The notes under the pieces are model-generated. The model was not told where the DNA came from. It was given only the letters and a program-made list of their open reading frames with translations, and did no database searches. Shown here one piece after another: positions 30,001 to 45,000 of a stretch of DNA of 64,000 bases; position 1 is the first letter of the stretch; the number at the start of each line of letters is the position of its first letter. The DNA lies in contig JANJGN010000163.1 of assembly GCA_026770705.1 (NCBI GenBank), forward strand, positions 744,001 to 808,000, written 5' to 3'. Position numbers and translations under genes: made by a program. Origin of the DNA: Isurus oxyrinchus. Its lineage: Eukaryota.

Positions 30001-33000
30001 CCATGTGTCACTACTGGACACTCCATGTGTCACTTCTGGACACTCCATGTGTCACTACTGAACTCTCCATGTGTCACTACTGAACTCTCCACGTGTCACT
30101 ACTGGACACTCCACGTTTCACTACTGGACTCTCCTCTGTCACTACTGAACTCTCCATGTGTCACTACTGAACTCTCCCTGTGTAACTACTGAACACTCCA
30201 TGTGTCACTGCTGAAATCTCCATGTGTCACTTCCGGACACTCCATGTGTCACTACTGGACACTCCATGTGTCACTGCTGATCTCTCCATGTGTCACTACT
30301 GAACTCTCCATGTGTCACTATTGGACACTATATGTGTCACTACTAGACATTCCATGTGTCACAACTGAACTCTCCTTGTGTCACTACTAGACACTCCATG
30401 TGTCACAACTGAACTCTCCATGTGTCACTACTGGACACTCCATGTGTCACTACTGGACAGTACAAGTGTCACTACTGAACTCTCCATGTGTCACTACTGG
30501 ACACTCCATGTGTCACTACTGAACTCTCCATGTGTCACTACTGGACACTCCATGTGTCACTACTGAACTCTCCTTGTGTCACTACTCGACACTCCATGTA
30601 TCACTACTGAACGCTCCATGTGTCACTACTGGACACTCCATGTGTCACTACTGAACTCTCCATGTGTCACTAATGGACATTCCATGTGCCACTACTGAAC
30701 TCTCCATGTGTCACTACTGGACACTCCACGTGTCACTACTAGACACTCCATGTGTCTCTACTGGACATTCCATGAGTCACTACTGAACTCTCCATGTGTC
30801 ACTACTGGACACTCCACGTGTCACTACTAGACACTCCATGTGTCTCTACTGGACATTCCATGAGTCACTACTGAACTCTCCATGTGTCACTACTGAACTC
30901 TCCATGTGTCACTACTGGACACTCCATGTGTCACTACTAGACACTCCATGTGTCACTACTGGACACGCCATGTGTCACGACTGGACATTCCATGTGTCAC
31001 TACTGAACTCTCCATGTGTCACTACTGAACTCTCCATGTGTCACTACTCGACACTACATGTGTCACTACTGAACTCTCCATGTATTGCTACTGTACTCTC
31101 CATGTGTCACTACTGAATTCCCCATGTGTCACTACTGAACTCTCCATGTGTCACTACTGGACACTCCATGTGTCACTACTGAACTCTCCATGTGTCACTA
31201 CTGAACTCTCCATGAGTCACTACTGGACACTCCATGTGTCACTACTGAACTCTCCATGTGTCACCACTGGACACTCCATGTGTTACTACTGGACACTCCT
31301 TGTGTCCTACTCGACACTCCATGTGTCACTACTGAACTCTCCATGTGTCACTACTGGACACTCCATGTGTCACTGCTCGACACTCCATGTGTCACTACTG
31401 AACTCTCCATGTGTCTCTACTGGACACTCCATGTGTCACTACTGGACTCTCCATGTGTCACTGCTGGACACTCCATCTGTCACTGCTGAACTCTCCATGT
31501 GTCACTACTAAACTCTCCATGTGTCACTACTGGACACTCCATGTGTCACTACTGGACACTCCATGTGTCACTATGGGGCACTCGATGTGTCACTACTGAA
31601 CTCTCCATGTGTCACTACTAGACACTCCATGTATCACTACTGAACGCTCCTTGTGACACTACTGGACACTCCATGTGTCACTAGTGAACTCTCCATGAGT
31701 CACTACTGGACACTCCATGTGTCACTACTGAACTCTCCATGTGTCACTACTGAACTCTCCATGTGTCAAAACTGGACACTCCATGGGTCAGAACTGGACA
31801 CTCCATGTGTCACTGCTAGACCCTCCATGTTTCACTACTGGACACGCCATGTGTCACTACTGGACATTCCATGTGTCACTACTGGACACTCTATGTATCA
31901 CTACTGAACTCTCCATGTGTCACTACTGAACTGGCCATGTGTCACTACTGGACACTCCATGTGTCACTACTGAACTCTCCATGTGTCACGACTGAACTCT
32001 CCATGTGTCACTAATGGACACTCCATGTGTCACTACTGGACACTCCATGTGTCACTACAGAAGTCTCCACGTGTCACTACTGAACTCTCCACGTGTCACT
32101 ACTGGACACTCCATGTGTCACTACTGGACACTCCATGTGTCACTACTGAACTCTCCATGTGTCACTACTGAACTCTCCATGTGTCACTAGTGGACACTCC
32201 ATGTGTCACTACTGGACACTCCATGTGTCACTACTGAACTCTCCATGTGTCACTACTGAACTCTCCACGTGTCACTACTGGACACTCCACGTTTCACTAC
32301 TGGACTCTCCTCTGTCACTACTGAATTCTCCGTGTGTCACTGCTGAACAAACCATGTGTAACTACTGAACACAGCATGTGCCACTACTGAAATCTCCATG
32401 TGTCACTTCCGGACACTCCATGTGTCACTACTGGACACTCCATGTGTCACTGCTGAACTCTCCATGTGTCACTACTGAACTCTCCATGTGTCACTATTGG
32501 ACACTATATGTGTCACTACTGGACACTCCATCTGTCACTACTGAACTCTCCATGTGTCACTACTGAACTCTCCTTGTGTCACTACTGGACATTCCATGTG
32601 TCACTACTGAACTCTCCATGTGTCATTACTGAACACTCCATGTGTCACTACTGGACAGTCCATGTGTCACTACTAGACACTCCATGTGTCACAACTGAAC
32701 TCTCCTTGTGTCACTACTAGACACTCCATGTGTCACAACTGAACTCTCCTTGTGTCACTACTGGACACTCCATGTGTCACTACTGGACAGTCCATGTGTC
32801 ACTACTGAACTCTCCATGTGTCACTACTGAAATCTCCATGTGTCACTACTCGACACTCCATGTGTCACTACTGAACTCCCCATGTGTCACTACTGGACAC
32901 TCCATGTGTCACTACTGAACTCTCCTTGTGTCACTACTCGACACTCCATGTATCACTACTGAACGCTCCATGTGTCACTACTGGACACTCCATGTGTCAC

Positions 33001-36000
33001 TACTGAACTCTCCATGTGTCACTACTGGACATTCCATGTGCCACTACTTAACTCTCCATGCGTCACTACTGGACACTCCACGTGTCACAACTAGACACTC
33101 CATATGTCTCTACTGGATATTCCATGAGTCACTACTGAACTCTCCATGTGTCACTACTGAACTCTCCATGTGTCACTACTGGACACTCCATGTGTCACTA
33201 GTAGACACTCCATGTTTCACTACTGGACAAGCCATGTGTCACTACTGGACATTCCATGTGTCACTACTGAACTCTCCATGTGTCACTACTGAACTCTCCA
33301 TGTGTCACTACTCGACACTACATGTGTCACTACTGAACTCTCCATGTATTGCTACTGAACTCTCCATGTGTCACGACTGAACTCCCCATGTGTCACTACT
33401 GAACTCTCCATGTGTCACTACTGGACACTCCATGTTTCACTACTGAACTCTCCATGTGTCACTACTGAACTCTCCATGAGTCACTACTGGTCACTCCATG
33501 TGTCACTACTGAACTCTCCATGTGTCACTACTGGACACTCCATGTGTTACTACTGGACACTCCATGTGTCCTACTGGACACTCCATGTGTCACTACTGAA
33601 CTCTCCATGTGTCACTACTGGACACTCCATGTGTCACTGCTCGACACTCCATGTGTCACTACTGAACTATCCATGTGTCACTACTGGACACTCCATGTGT
33701 CACTACTGGACTCTCCATGTGTCACTACTGGACACTCCATCTGTCACTGCTGAACTCTCCATGTTTCACTACTAAACTCTCCATGTGTCACTACTGGACA
33801 CTCCATGTGTCACTACTGGACACTCCATGTGTCACTACTGGACACTCCATGTGTCACTACGGGGCACTCCATGTGTCACTACTGAACTCTCCATGTGTCA
33901 CTACTGGACACTCCATGTGTCACTACTGAACTCTCCATGTGTCACTACTCGACAATCCATGTATCACTACTGAACGTTCCATGTGTCACTACCGGACATT
34001 CCATGTGTCACTACTGAACTCTCCATGTGTCACTACTGGACACTCCATGTGTCACTACCGGACACTCCATGTGTCACTACCGGACATTCCATGTGTCACT
34101 ACTGAACTCTCCATTTCTCACTACTGGACACTACACGTGTCACTACTGGGCACTGCATGTGTCACTACCTAAGTCTCCATGTGTCACTAGTGGACACTCC
34201 ATGTGTCACTACTGAAATCTGCATATGTCACTACAGGACATTCCATGTGTCACTACCGGACAATCCAAGTGTCACTACCGGACAGTCCATGTGTCACTAC
34301 TCGACACTCCATGTGTCACTACTGATCTCTCCATGTGTCACTACTGGACACTCCATGTGTTACTACTGGACACTCCATGTGTCCTACAGGACACTCCATG
34401 TGTCACTACTGAACTCTCCATGTGTCACTACTGGACACTCCATGTGTCACTGCTCGACACTCCATGTGTCACTACTGAACTCTCCATGTGTCACTACTGG
34501 ACACTCCATGTGTCACTACTGGACTCTCCATGTGTCACTACTGGACACTCCATCTGTCACTGCCGAACTCTCCATGTGTCACTACTAAACTCTCCATGTG
34601 TCACTACTGGACACTCCATGTGTCACTACTGGACACTCCATGTGTCACTACGGGGCACTCCATGTGTCACTACTGAACTCCCCATGTGTCACTACTGAAC
34701 TCTCCATGTGTCACTACTGGACACTCCATGTGTCACTACTGAACTCTCCATGTGTCACTACTGAACTCTCCATGAGTCACTACTGGACACTCCATGTCTC
34801 ACTACTGAACTCTCCATGTGTCACTACTGGACACTCCATGTGTTACTACTGGACACTCCATGTGTCCTACTGGACACTCCATGTGTCACTACTGAACACT
34901 CCATGTGTCAACACTGGACACTCCATGTGTCACTGCTCGACACTCCATGTGTCACTACTTAACTCTCCATGTGTCACTACTGGACACTCCATGTGTCACT
35001 ACTGGACTCTCCATGTGTCACTACTGGACACTCCATCTGTCACTGCTGAACTCTCCATGTGTCACTACTAAACTCTCCATGTGTCACTACTGGACACTCC
35101 ATGTGTCACTACTGGACACTCCATGTGTCACTACGGGGCACTCCATGTGTCACTACTGAACTCTCCATGTGTCACTACTGGACACTCCATGTGTCACTAC
35201 TGAACTCTCCATGTGTCACTACTCGACAATCCATGTATCACTACTGAACGTTCCATGTGTCACTACTGAACTCTCCATGTGTCACTACTGGACACTCCAT
35301 GTGTCACTACCGGACACTCCATGTGTCACTACCGGACATTCCATTGTCACTACTGAACTCTCCATTTGTCACTACTGGACACTACACGTGTCACTACTAG
35401 ATACTCCACGTGTCACTACTGAACTCTCCATGTGTCACTACTGGACAGTCCATGTGTCACTACCTAAGTCTCCATGTGTCACTACTGGACACTCCATGTG
35501 TCACAACTGAACTCTGCATATGTCACTACAGGACATTCCATGTGTCACTATCGGACACTCCAAGTGTCACTACCGGACAGTCCATGTGTCACTACTCGAC
35601 ACTCCATGTGTCACTACTGATCTCTCCATGTGCCACTACTGGACACTCCATGTGTCACTACTCGACACTCCATGTGTCACTACTGATCTCTCCATATGTC
35701 ACTACTGGACACTCCATGTGTTACTACTGGACACTCCATGTGTCCTACAGGACACTCCATGTGTCACTACTGAACTCTCCATGTGTCACTACTGGACACT
35801 CCATGTGTCACTGCTCGACACTCCATGTGTCACTACTGAACTCTCCATGTGTCACTACTGGACACTCCATGTGTCACTACTGGACACTCCATGTGTCACT
35901 ACTGGACAATCCACGTTTCACTACTGGACTCTCCTCTGTCACTACTGAAATCTCCATGTGTCACTACTGAACAAACCATGTGTAACTACTGAACACAGCA

Positions 36001-39000
36001 TGTGTCACTACTGAAATCTCCATGTGTCACTTCCGGACACTCCATGTGTCACTACTGGACACTCCATGTGTCACTGCTGAACTCTCCATGTGTCACTACT
36101 GAACTCTCCATGTGTCACTACTCGACACTCCATGTGTCACTACTGAACTCTCCATGTGTCACTACTGGACACTCCATGTGTCACTACTGAACTCTCCTTG
36201 TGTCACTACTCGACACTCCATGTATCACTACTGAACGCTCCATGTGTCACTACTGGACACTCCATGTGTCACTACTGAACTCTCCATGTGTCACTACTGG
36301 ACATTCCATGTGCCACTACTGAACTCTCCATGCGTCACTACTGGACACTCCACGTGTCACTACTAGACACTCCCTGTGTCTCTACTGGACATTCCATGAG
36401 TCACTACTGAACTCTCCATGTGTCACTACTGAACTCTCCATGTGTCACTACTGGACACTCCATGTGTCACTACTAGACACTCCATGTGTCACTACTGGAA
36501 ACGCCATGTGTCACTACTGGACATTCCATGTGTCACTACTGAACTCTCCATGTGTCACTACTGAACTCTCCATGTGTCACTACTCGACACTACATGTGTC
36601 ACTACTGAACTCTCCATGTATTGCTACTGAACTCTCCATGTGTCACTACTGAACTCCCCATGTGTCACTACTGAACTCTCCATGTGTCACTACTGGACAC
36701 TCCATGTGTCACTACTGAACTCTCCATGTGTCACTACTGAACTCTCCATGAGTCACTACTGGACACTCCATGTGTCACTACTGAACTCTCCATGTGTCAC
36801 TACTGGACACTCCATGTGTTACTACTGGACACTCCATGTGTCACTACTGAACACTCCATGTGTCAACACTGGACACTCCATGTGTCACTGCTCGACACTC
36901 CATGTGTCACTACTTAACTCTCCATGTGTCACTACTGGACACTCCATGTGTCACTACTGGACTCTCCATGTGTCACTACTGGACACTCCATCTGTCACTG
37001 CTGAACTCTCCATGTGTCACTACTAAACTCTCCATGTGTCACTACTGGACACTCCATGTGTCACTACTGGACACTCCATGTGTCACTACGGGGCACTCCA
37101 TGTGTCACTACTGAACTCTCCATGTGTCACTACTGGACACTCCATGTGTCACTACTGAACTCTCCATGTGTCACTACTCGACAATCCATGTATCACTACT
37201 GAACGTTCCATGTGTCACTACCGGACATTCCATGTGTCACTACTGAACTCTCCATGTGTCACTACTGGACACTCCATGTGTCACTACCGGACACTCCATG
37301 TGTCACTACCGGACATTCCATTGTCACTACTGAACTCTCCATTTGTCACTACTGGACACTACACGTGTCACTACTAGACACTCCACGTGTCACTACTGAA
37401 CTCTCCATGTGTCACTACTGGACACTCCATGTGTCACTACCTAATTCTCCATGTGTCACTACTGGACACTCCATGTGTCACTACTGAACTCTCCTTGTGT
37501 CACTACTCGACACTCCATGTATCACTACTGAACGCTCCATGTGTCACTACTGGACACTCCATGTGTCACTACTGAACTCTCCATGTGTCACTACTGGACA
37601 TTCCATGTGCCACTACTTAACTCTCCATGCGTCACTACTGGACACTCCACGTGTCACAACTAGACACTCCATATGTCTCTACTGGATATTCCATGAGTCA
37701 CTACTGAACTCTCCATGTGTCACTACTGAACTCTCCATGTGTCACTACTGGACACTCCATGTGTCACTAGTAGACACTCCATGTTTCACTACTGGACAAG
37801 CCATGTGTCACTACTGGACATTCCATGTGTCACTACTGAACTCTCCATGTGTCACTACTGAACTCTCCATGTGTCACTACTCGACACTACATGTGTCACT
37901 ACTGAACTCTCCATGTATTGCTACTGAACTCTCCATGTGTCACTACTGAACTCCCCATGTGTCACTACTGAACTCTCCATGTGTCACTACTGGACACTCC
38001 ATGTTTCACTACTGAACTCTCCATGTGTCACTACTGAACTCTCCATGAGTCACTACTGGTCACTCCATGTGTCACTACTGAACTCTCCATGTGTCACTAC
38101 TGGACACTCCATGTGTTACTACTGGACACTCCATGTGTCCTACTGGACACTCCATGTGTCACTACTGAACTCTCCATGTGTCACTACTGGACACTCCATG
38201 TGTCACTGCTCGACACTCCATGTGTCACTACTGAACTATCCATGTGTCACTACTGGACACTCCATGTGTCACTACTGGACTCTCCATGTGTCACTACTGG
38301 ACACTCCATGTGTCACTACTGAACTCTCCATGTGTCACTACTGGACACTCCATGTGTCACTACTGGACTCTCCATGTGTCACTACTGGACACTCCATCTG
38401 TCACTGCCGAACTCTCCATGTGTCACTACTAAACTCTCCATGTGTCACTACTGGACACTCCATGTGTCACTACTGGACACTCCATGTGTCACTACGGGGC
38501 ACTCCATGTGTCACTACTGAACTCCCCATGTGTCACTACTGAACTCTCCATGTGTCACTACTGGACACTCCATGTGTCACTACTGAACTCTCCATGTGTC
38601 ACTACTTAACTCTCCATGAGTCACTACTGGACACTCCATGTCTCACTACTGAACTCTCCATGTGTCACTACTGGACACTCCATGTGTTACTACTGGACAC
38701 TCCATGTGTCCTACTGGACACTCCATGTGTCACTACTGAACACTCCATGTGTCAACACTGGACACTCCATGTGTCACTGCTCGACACTCCATGTGTCACT
38801 ACTTAACTCTCCATGTGTCACTACTGGACACTCCATGTGTCACTACTGGACTCTCCATGTGTCACTACTGGACACTCCATCTGTCACTGCTGAACTCTCC
38901 ATGTGTCACTACTAAACTCTCCATGTGTCACTACTGGACACTCCATGTGTCACTACTGGACACTCCATGTGTCACTACGGGGCACTCCATGTGTCACTAC

Positions 39001-42000
39001 TGAACTCTCCATGTGTCACTACTGGACACTCCATGTGTCACTACTGAACTCTCCATGTGTCACTACTCGACAATCCATGTATCACTACTGAACGTTCCAT
39101 GTGTCACTACCGGACATTCCATGTGTCACTACTGAACTCTCCATGTGTCACTACTGGACACTCCATGTGTCACTACCGGACACTCCATGTGTCACTACCG
39201 GACATTCCATTGTCACTACTGAACTCTCCATTTGTCATTACTGGACACTACACGTGTCACTACTAGACACTCCACGTGTCACTACTGAACTCTCCATGTG
39301 TCACTACTGGACAGTCCATGTGTCACTACCTAAGTCTCCATGTGTCACTACTGGACACTCCATGTGTCACAACTGAACTCTGCATATGTCACTACAGGAC
39401 ATTCCATGTGTCACTATCGGACACTCCAAGTGTCACTACCGGACAGTCCATGTGTCACTACTCGACACTCCATGTGTCACTACTGATCTCTCCATGTGCC
39501 ACTACTGGACACTCCATGTGTCACTACTCGACACTCCATGTGTCACTACTGATCTCTCCATATGTCACTACTGGACACTCCATGTGTTACTACTGGACAC
39601 TCCATGTGTCCTACAGGACACTCCATGTGTCACTACTGAACTCTCCATGTGTCACTACTGGACACTCCATGTGTCACTGCTCGACACTCCATGTGTCACT
39701 AATGAACTCTCCATGTGTCACTACTGGACACTCCATGTGTCACTACTGGACACTCCATGTGTCACTACTGGACAATCCACGTTTCACTACTGGACTCTCC
39801 TCTGTCACTACTGAAATCTCCATGTGTCACTACTGAACAAACCATGTGTAACTACTGAACACAGCATGTGTCACTACTGAAATCTCCATGTGTCACTTCC
39901 GGACACTCCATGTGTCACTACTGGACACTCCATGTGTCACTGCTGAACTCTCCATGTGTCACTACTCTACTCTCCATGTGTCACTATTGGACACTATATG
40001 TGTCACTACTGGACACTCCAACTATCACTACTGAACTCTCCATGTGTCACTACTGAACTCTCCATGTGTCACTACTGGACACTCCATGTGTCACTACTGA
40101 AATCTCCATGTGTCATTACTGAACACTCCATGTGTCACTACTGGACACTCCATGTGTCACTACTAGACACTCCATGTGTCACAACTGAACTCTCCTTGTG
40201 TCACTACTAGACACTCTATGTGTCACAACAGAACTCTCGTTGTGTCACTACTGGACACTCCATGTGTCACTACTGGACAGTCCATGTGTCACTACTGAAC
40301 TCTCCATGTGTCACTACTGAACTCTCCATGTGTCACTACTCGACACTCCATGTGTCACTACTGAACTCTCCATGTGTCACTACTGGACACTCCATGTGTC
40401 ACTACTGAACTCTCCTTGTGTCACTACTCGACACTCCATGTATCACTACTGAACGCTCCATGTGTCACTACTGGACACTCCATGTGTCACTACTGAACTC
40501 TCCATGTGTCACTACTGGACATTCCATGTGCCACTACTGAACTCTCCATGCGTCACTACTGGACACTCCACGTGTCACTACTAGACACTCCCTGTGTCTC
40601 TACTGGACATTCCATGAGTCACTACTGAACTCTCCATGTGTCACTACTGAACTCTCCATGTGTCACTACTGGACACTCCATGTGTCACTACTAGACACTC
40701 CATGTGTCACTACTGGAAACGCCATGTGTCACTACTGGACATTCCATGTGTCACTACTGAACTCTCCATGTGTCACTACTGAACTCTCCATGTGTCACTA
40801 CTCGACACTACATGTGTCACTACTGAACTCTCCATGTATTGCTACTGAACTCTCCATGTGTCACTACTGAACTCCCCATGTGTCACTACTGAACTCTCCA
40901 TGTGTCACTACTGGACACTCCATGTGTCACTACTGAACTCTCCATGTGTCACTACTGAACTCTCCATGAGTCACTACTGGACACTCCATGTGTCACTACT
41001 GAACTCTCCATGTGTCACTACTGGACACTCCATGTGTTACTACTGGACACTCCATGTGTCACTACTGAACACTCCATGTGTCAACACTGGACACTCCATG
41101 TGTCACTGCTCGACACTCCATGTGTCACTACTTAACTCTCCATGTGTCACTACTGGACACTCCATGTGTCACTACTGGACTCTCCATGTGTCACTACTGG
41201 ACACTCCATCTGTCACTGCTGAACTCTCCATGTGTCACTACTAAACTCTCCATGTGTCACTACTGGACACTCCATGTGTCACTACTGGACACTCCATGTG
41301 TCACTACGGGGCACTCCATGTGTCACTACTGAACTCTCCATGTGTCACTACTGGACACTCCATGTGTCACTACTGAACTCTCCATGTGTCACTACTCGAC
41401 AATCCATGTATCACTACTGAATGTTCCATGTGTCACTACCGGACATTCCATGTGTCACTACTGAACTCTCCATGTGTCACTACTGGACACTCCATGTGTC
41501 ACTACCGGACACTCCATGTGTCACTACCGGACATTCCATTGTCACTACTGAACTCTCCATTTGTCACTACTGGACACTACACGTGTCACTACTAGACACT
41601 CCACGTGTCACTACTGAACTCTCCATGTGTCACTACTGGACACTCCATGTGTCACTACCTAATTCTCCATGTGTCACTACTGGACACTCCATGTGTCAGA
41701 ACTGAACTCTGCATATGTCACTACAGGACATTCCATGTGTCACTATCGGACACTTCAAGTGTCACTACCGGACAGTCCATGTGTCACTACTCGACACTCC
41801 ATGTGTCACTACTGATCTCTCCATGTGCCACTACTGGACACTCCATATGTCACTACTCGACACTCCATGTGTCACTACTGATCTCTCCTTGTGTCACTAC
41901 TGGACACTCCATGTGTTACTAATGGACACTCCATGTGTCCTACAGGACACTCCATGTGTCACTACTGAACTCTCCATGTGTCACTACTGGACACTCCATG

Positions 42001-45000
42001 TATCACTGCTCGACACTCCATGTGTCACTACTGAACTCTCCATGTGTCACTACTGGGCACTCCATGTGTCACTACTGAACTCTCCATGTGTCACTACTGG
42101 ACATTCCATCTGTCACTGCTAAACTCTCCATGTGTCACTACTAAACTCTCCATGTGTCACCACTGGACACTCCATGTGTCACTACTGGACACTCCATGTG
42201 TCACTACGGGGCACTCCATGTGTCACTACTGAACTCTCCATGTGTCACTACTGGACACTCCATGTATCACTACTGAACTCTCCTTGTGTCACGACTGGAC
42301 ACTCCATGTGTCACTACTGAACTCTCCATGTGTCACTACTGGACACTCCATGTGTCACTACTGAACTCTCCATGTGTCACTACTGAACTCTCCATGTGTC
42401 AAAATTGGACACTCCATGGGTAACTACTGGACACTCCATGTGTCACTACTAGTCCCTCCATGTTTCACTACTGGACACGCGATGTGTCACTACTGGACAT
42501 TCCATGTGTCACTACTGGACACTCTATGTATCACTACTGAACTCACCGTGTGTCACTACTGAACTGGCCATGTGTCACTACTGGACACTCCATGTGTCAC
42601 TACTGAACTCTCCATGTGTCACTACTGAACTCTCCATGTGTCACTACTGGACACTCCATGTGTCACTACTGGACACTCCATGTGTCACTACTGAACTCTC
42701 CATGTGTCACTACTGAACTCTCCATGTGTCACTACTGGACACGCCATGTGTCATTACTGGACACTCCATGTGTCACTACTGAACTCTCCATGTGTCACTA
42801 CTGAACTCTCCACGTGTCACTACTGGACAATCCACGTTTCACTACTGGACTCTCCTCTGTCACTACTGAACTCTCCATGTGTCACTACTGAACAAACCAT
42901 GTGTAACTACTGAACACAGCATGTGTCACTACTGAAATCCCCATGTGTCACTTCCGGACACTCCATGTGTCACTACTGGACACTCCATGTGTCACTGCTG
43001 AACTCTCCATGTGTCACTACTCTACTCTCCATGTGTCACTATTGGACACTATATGTGTCACTACTGGACACTCCATCTGTCACTACTGAACTCTCCATGT
43101 GTCACTACTGAACTCTCCATGTGTCACTACTGGACACTCCATGTGTCACTACTGAACTCTCCATGTGTCATTACTGAACACTCCATGTGTCACTACTGGA
43201 CACTCCATGTGTCACTACTAGACACTCCATGTGTCACAACTGAACTCTCCTTGTGTCACTACTAGACACTCCATGTGTCACAACTGAACTCTCGTTGTGT
43301 CACTACTGGACACTCCATGTGTCACTACTGGACAGTCCATGTGTCAGTACTGAACTCTCCATGTGTCACTACTGAACTCTCCATGTGTCACTACTCGACA
43401 CTCCATGTGTCACTACTGAACTCTCCATGTGTTACTACTGGACACTCCATGTGTCACTACTGAACTCTCCTTGTGTCACTACTCGACACTCCATGTATCA
43501 CTTCTGAACGCTCCATGTGTCACTACTGGACACTCCATGTGTCACTACTGAACTCTCCATGTGTCACTACTGGACATTCCATGTGCCACTACTGAACTCT
43601 CCATGCGTCACTACTGGACACTCCACGTGTCACTGCTAGACACTCCCTGTGTCTCTACTGGACATTCCATGAGTCACTACTGAACTCTCCATGTGTCACT
43701 ACTGAACTCTCCATGTGTCACTACTGGACACTCCATGTGTCACTACTAGACACTCCATGTGTCACTACTGGACACGCCATGTGTCACTACTGGACATTCC
43801 ATGTGTTACTACTGAACTCTCCATGTGTCACTACTGAACTCTCCATGTGTCACTACTCGACACTACATGTGTCACTACTGAACTCTCCATGTATTGCTAC
43901 TGAACTCTCCATGTCTCACTACTGAACTCCCCATGTGTCACTACTGAACTCTCCATGTGTCACTACTGGACACTCCATGTGTCACTACTGAACTCTCCAT
44001 GTGTCACTACTGAACTCTCCATGAGTCACTACTGGACACTCCATGTGTCACTACTGAACTCTCCATGTGTCACTACTGGACACTCCATGTGTTACTACTG
44101 GACACTCCATGTGTCCTACTGGACACTCCATGTGTCACTACTGAACACTCCATGTGTCAACACTGGACACTCCATGTGTCACTGCTCGACACTCCATGTG
44201 TCACTACTTAACTCTCCATGTGTCACTACTGGACACTCCATGTGTCACTACTGGACTCTCCATGTGTCACTACTGGACACTCCATCTGTCACTGCTGAAC
44301 TCTCCATGTGTCACTACTAAACTCTCCATGTGTCACTACTGGACACTCCATGTGTCACTACTGGACACTCCATGTGTCACTACGGGGCACTCCATGTGTC
44401 ACTACTGAACTCTCCATGTGTCACTACTGGACACTCCATGTGTCACTACTGAACTCTCCATGTGTCACTACTCGACAATCCATGTATCACTACTGAACGT
44501 TCCATGTGTCACTACCGGACATTCCATGTGTCACTACTGAACTCTCCATGTGTCACTACTGGAAACTCCATGTGTCACTACCGGACACTCCATGTGTCAC
44601 TACCGGACATTCCATTGTCACTACTGAACTCTCCATTTGTCACTACTGGACACTGCACGTGTCACTACTAGACACTCCACGTGTCACTACTGAACTCTCC
44701 ATGTGTCACTACTGGACACTCCATGTGTCACTACCTAAGTCTCCATGTGTCACTACTGGACACTCCATGTGTCACAACTGAACTCTGCATATGTCACTAC
44801 AGGACATTCCATGTGTCACTATCGGACACTCCAAGTGTCACTACCGGACAGTCCATGTGTCACTACTCGACACTCCATGTGTCACTACTGATCTCTCCAT
44901 GTGCCACTACTGGACACTCCATGTGTCACTACTGGACACTCCATATGTCACTACTGGACACTCCATGTGTCACTACTGAACTCTCCATGTGTCACTACTC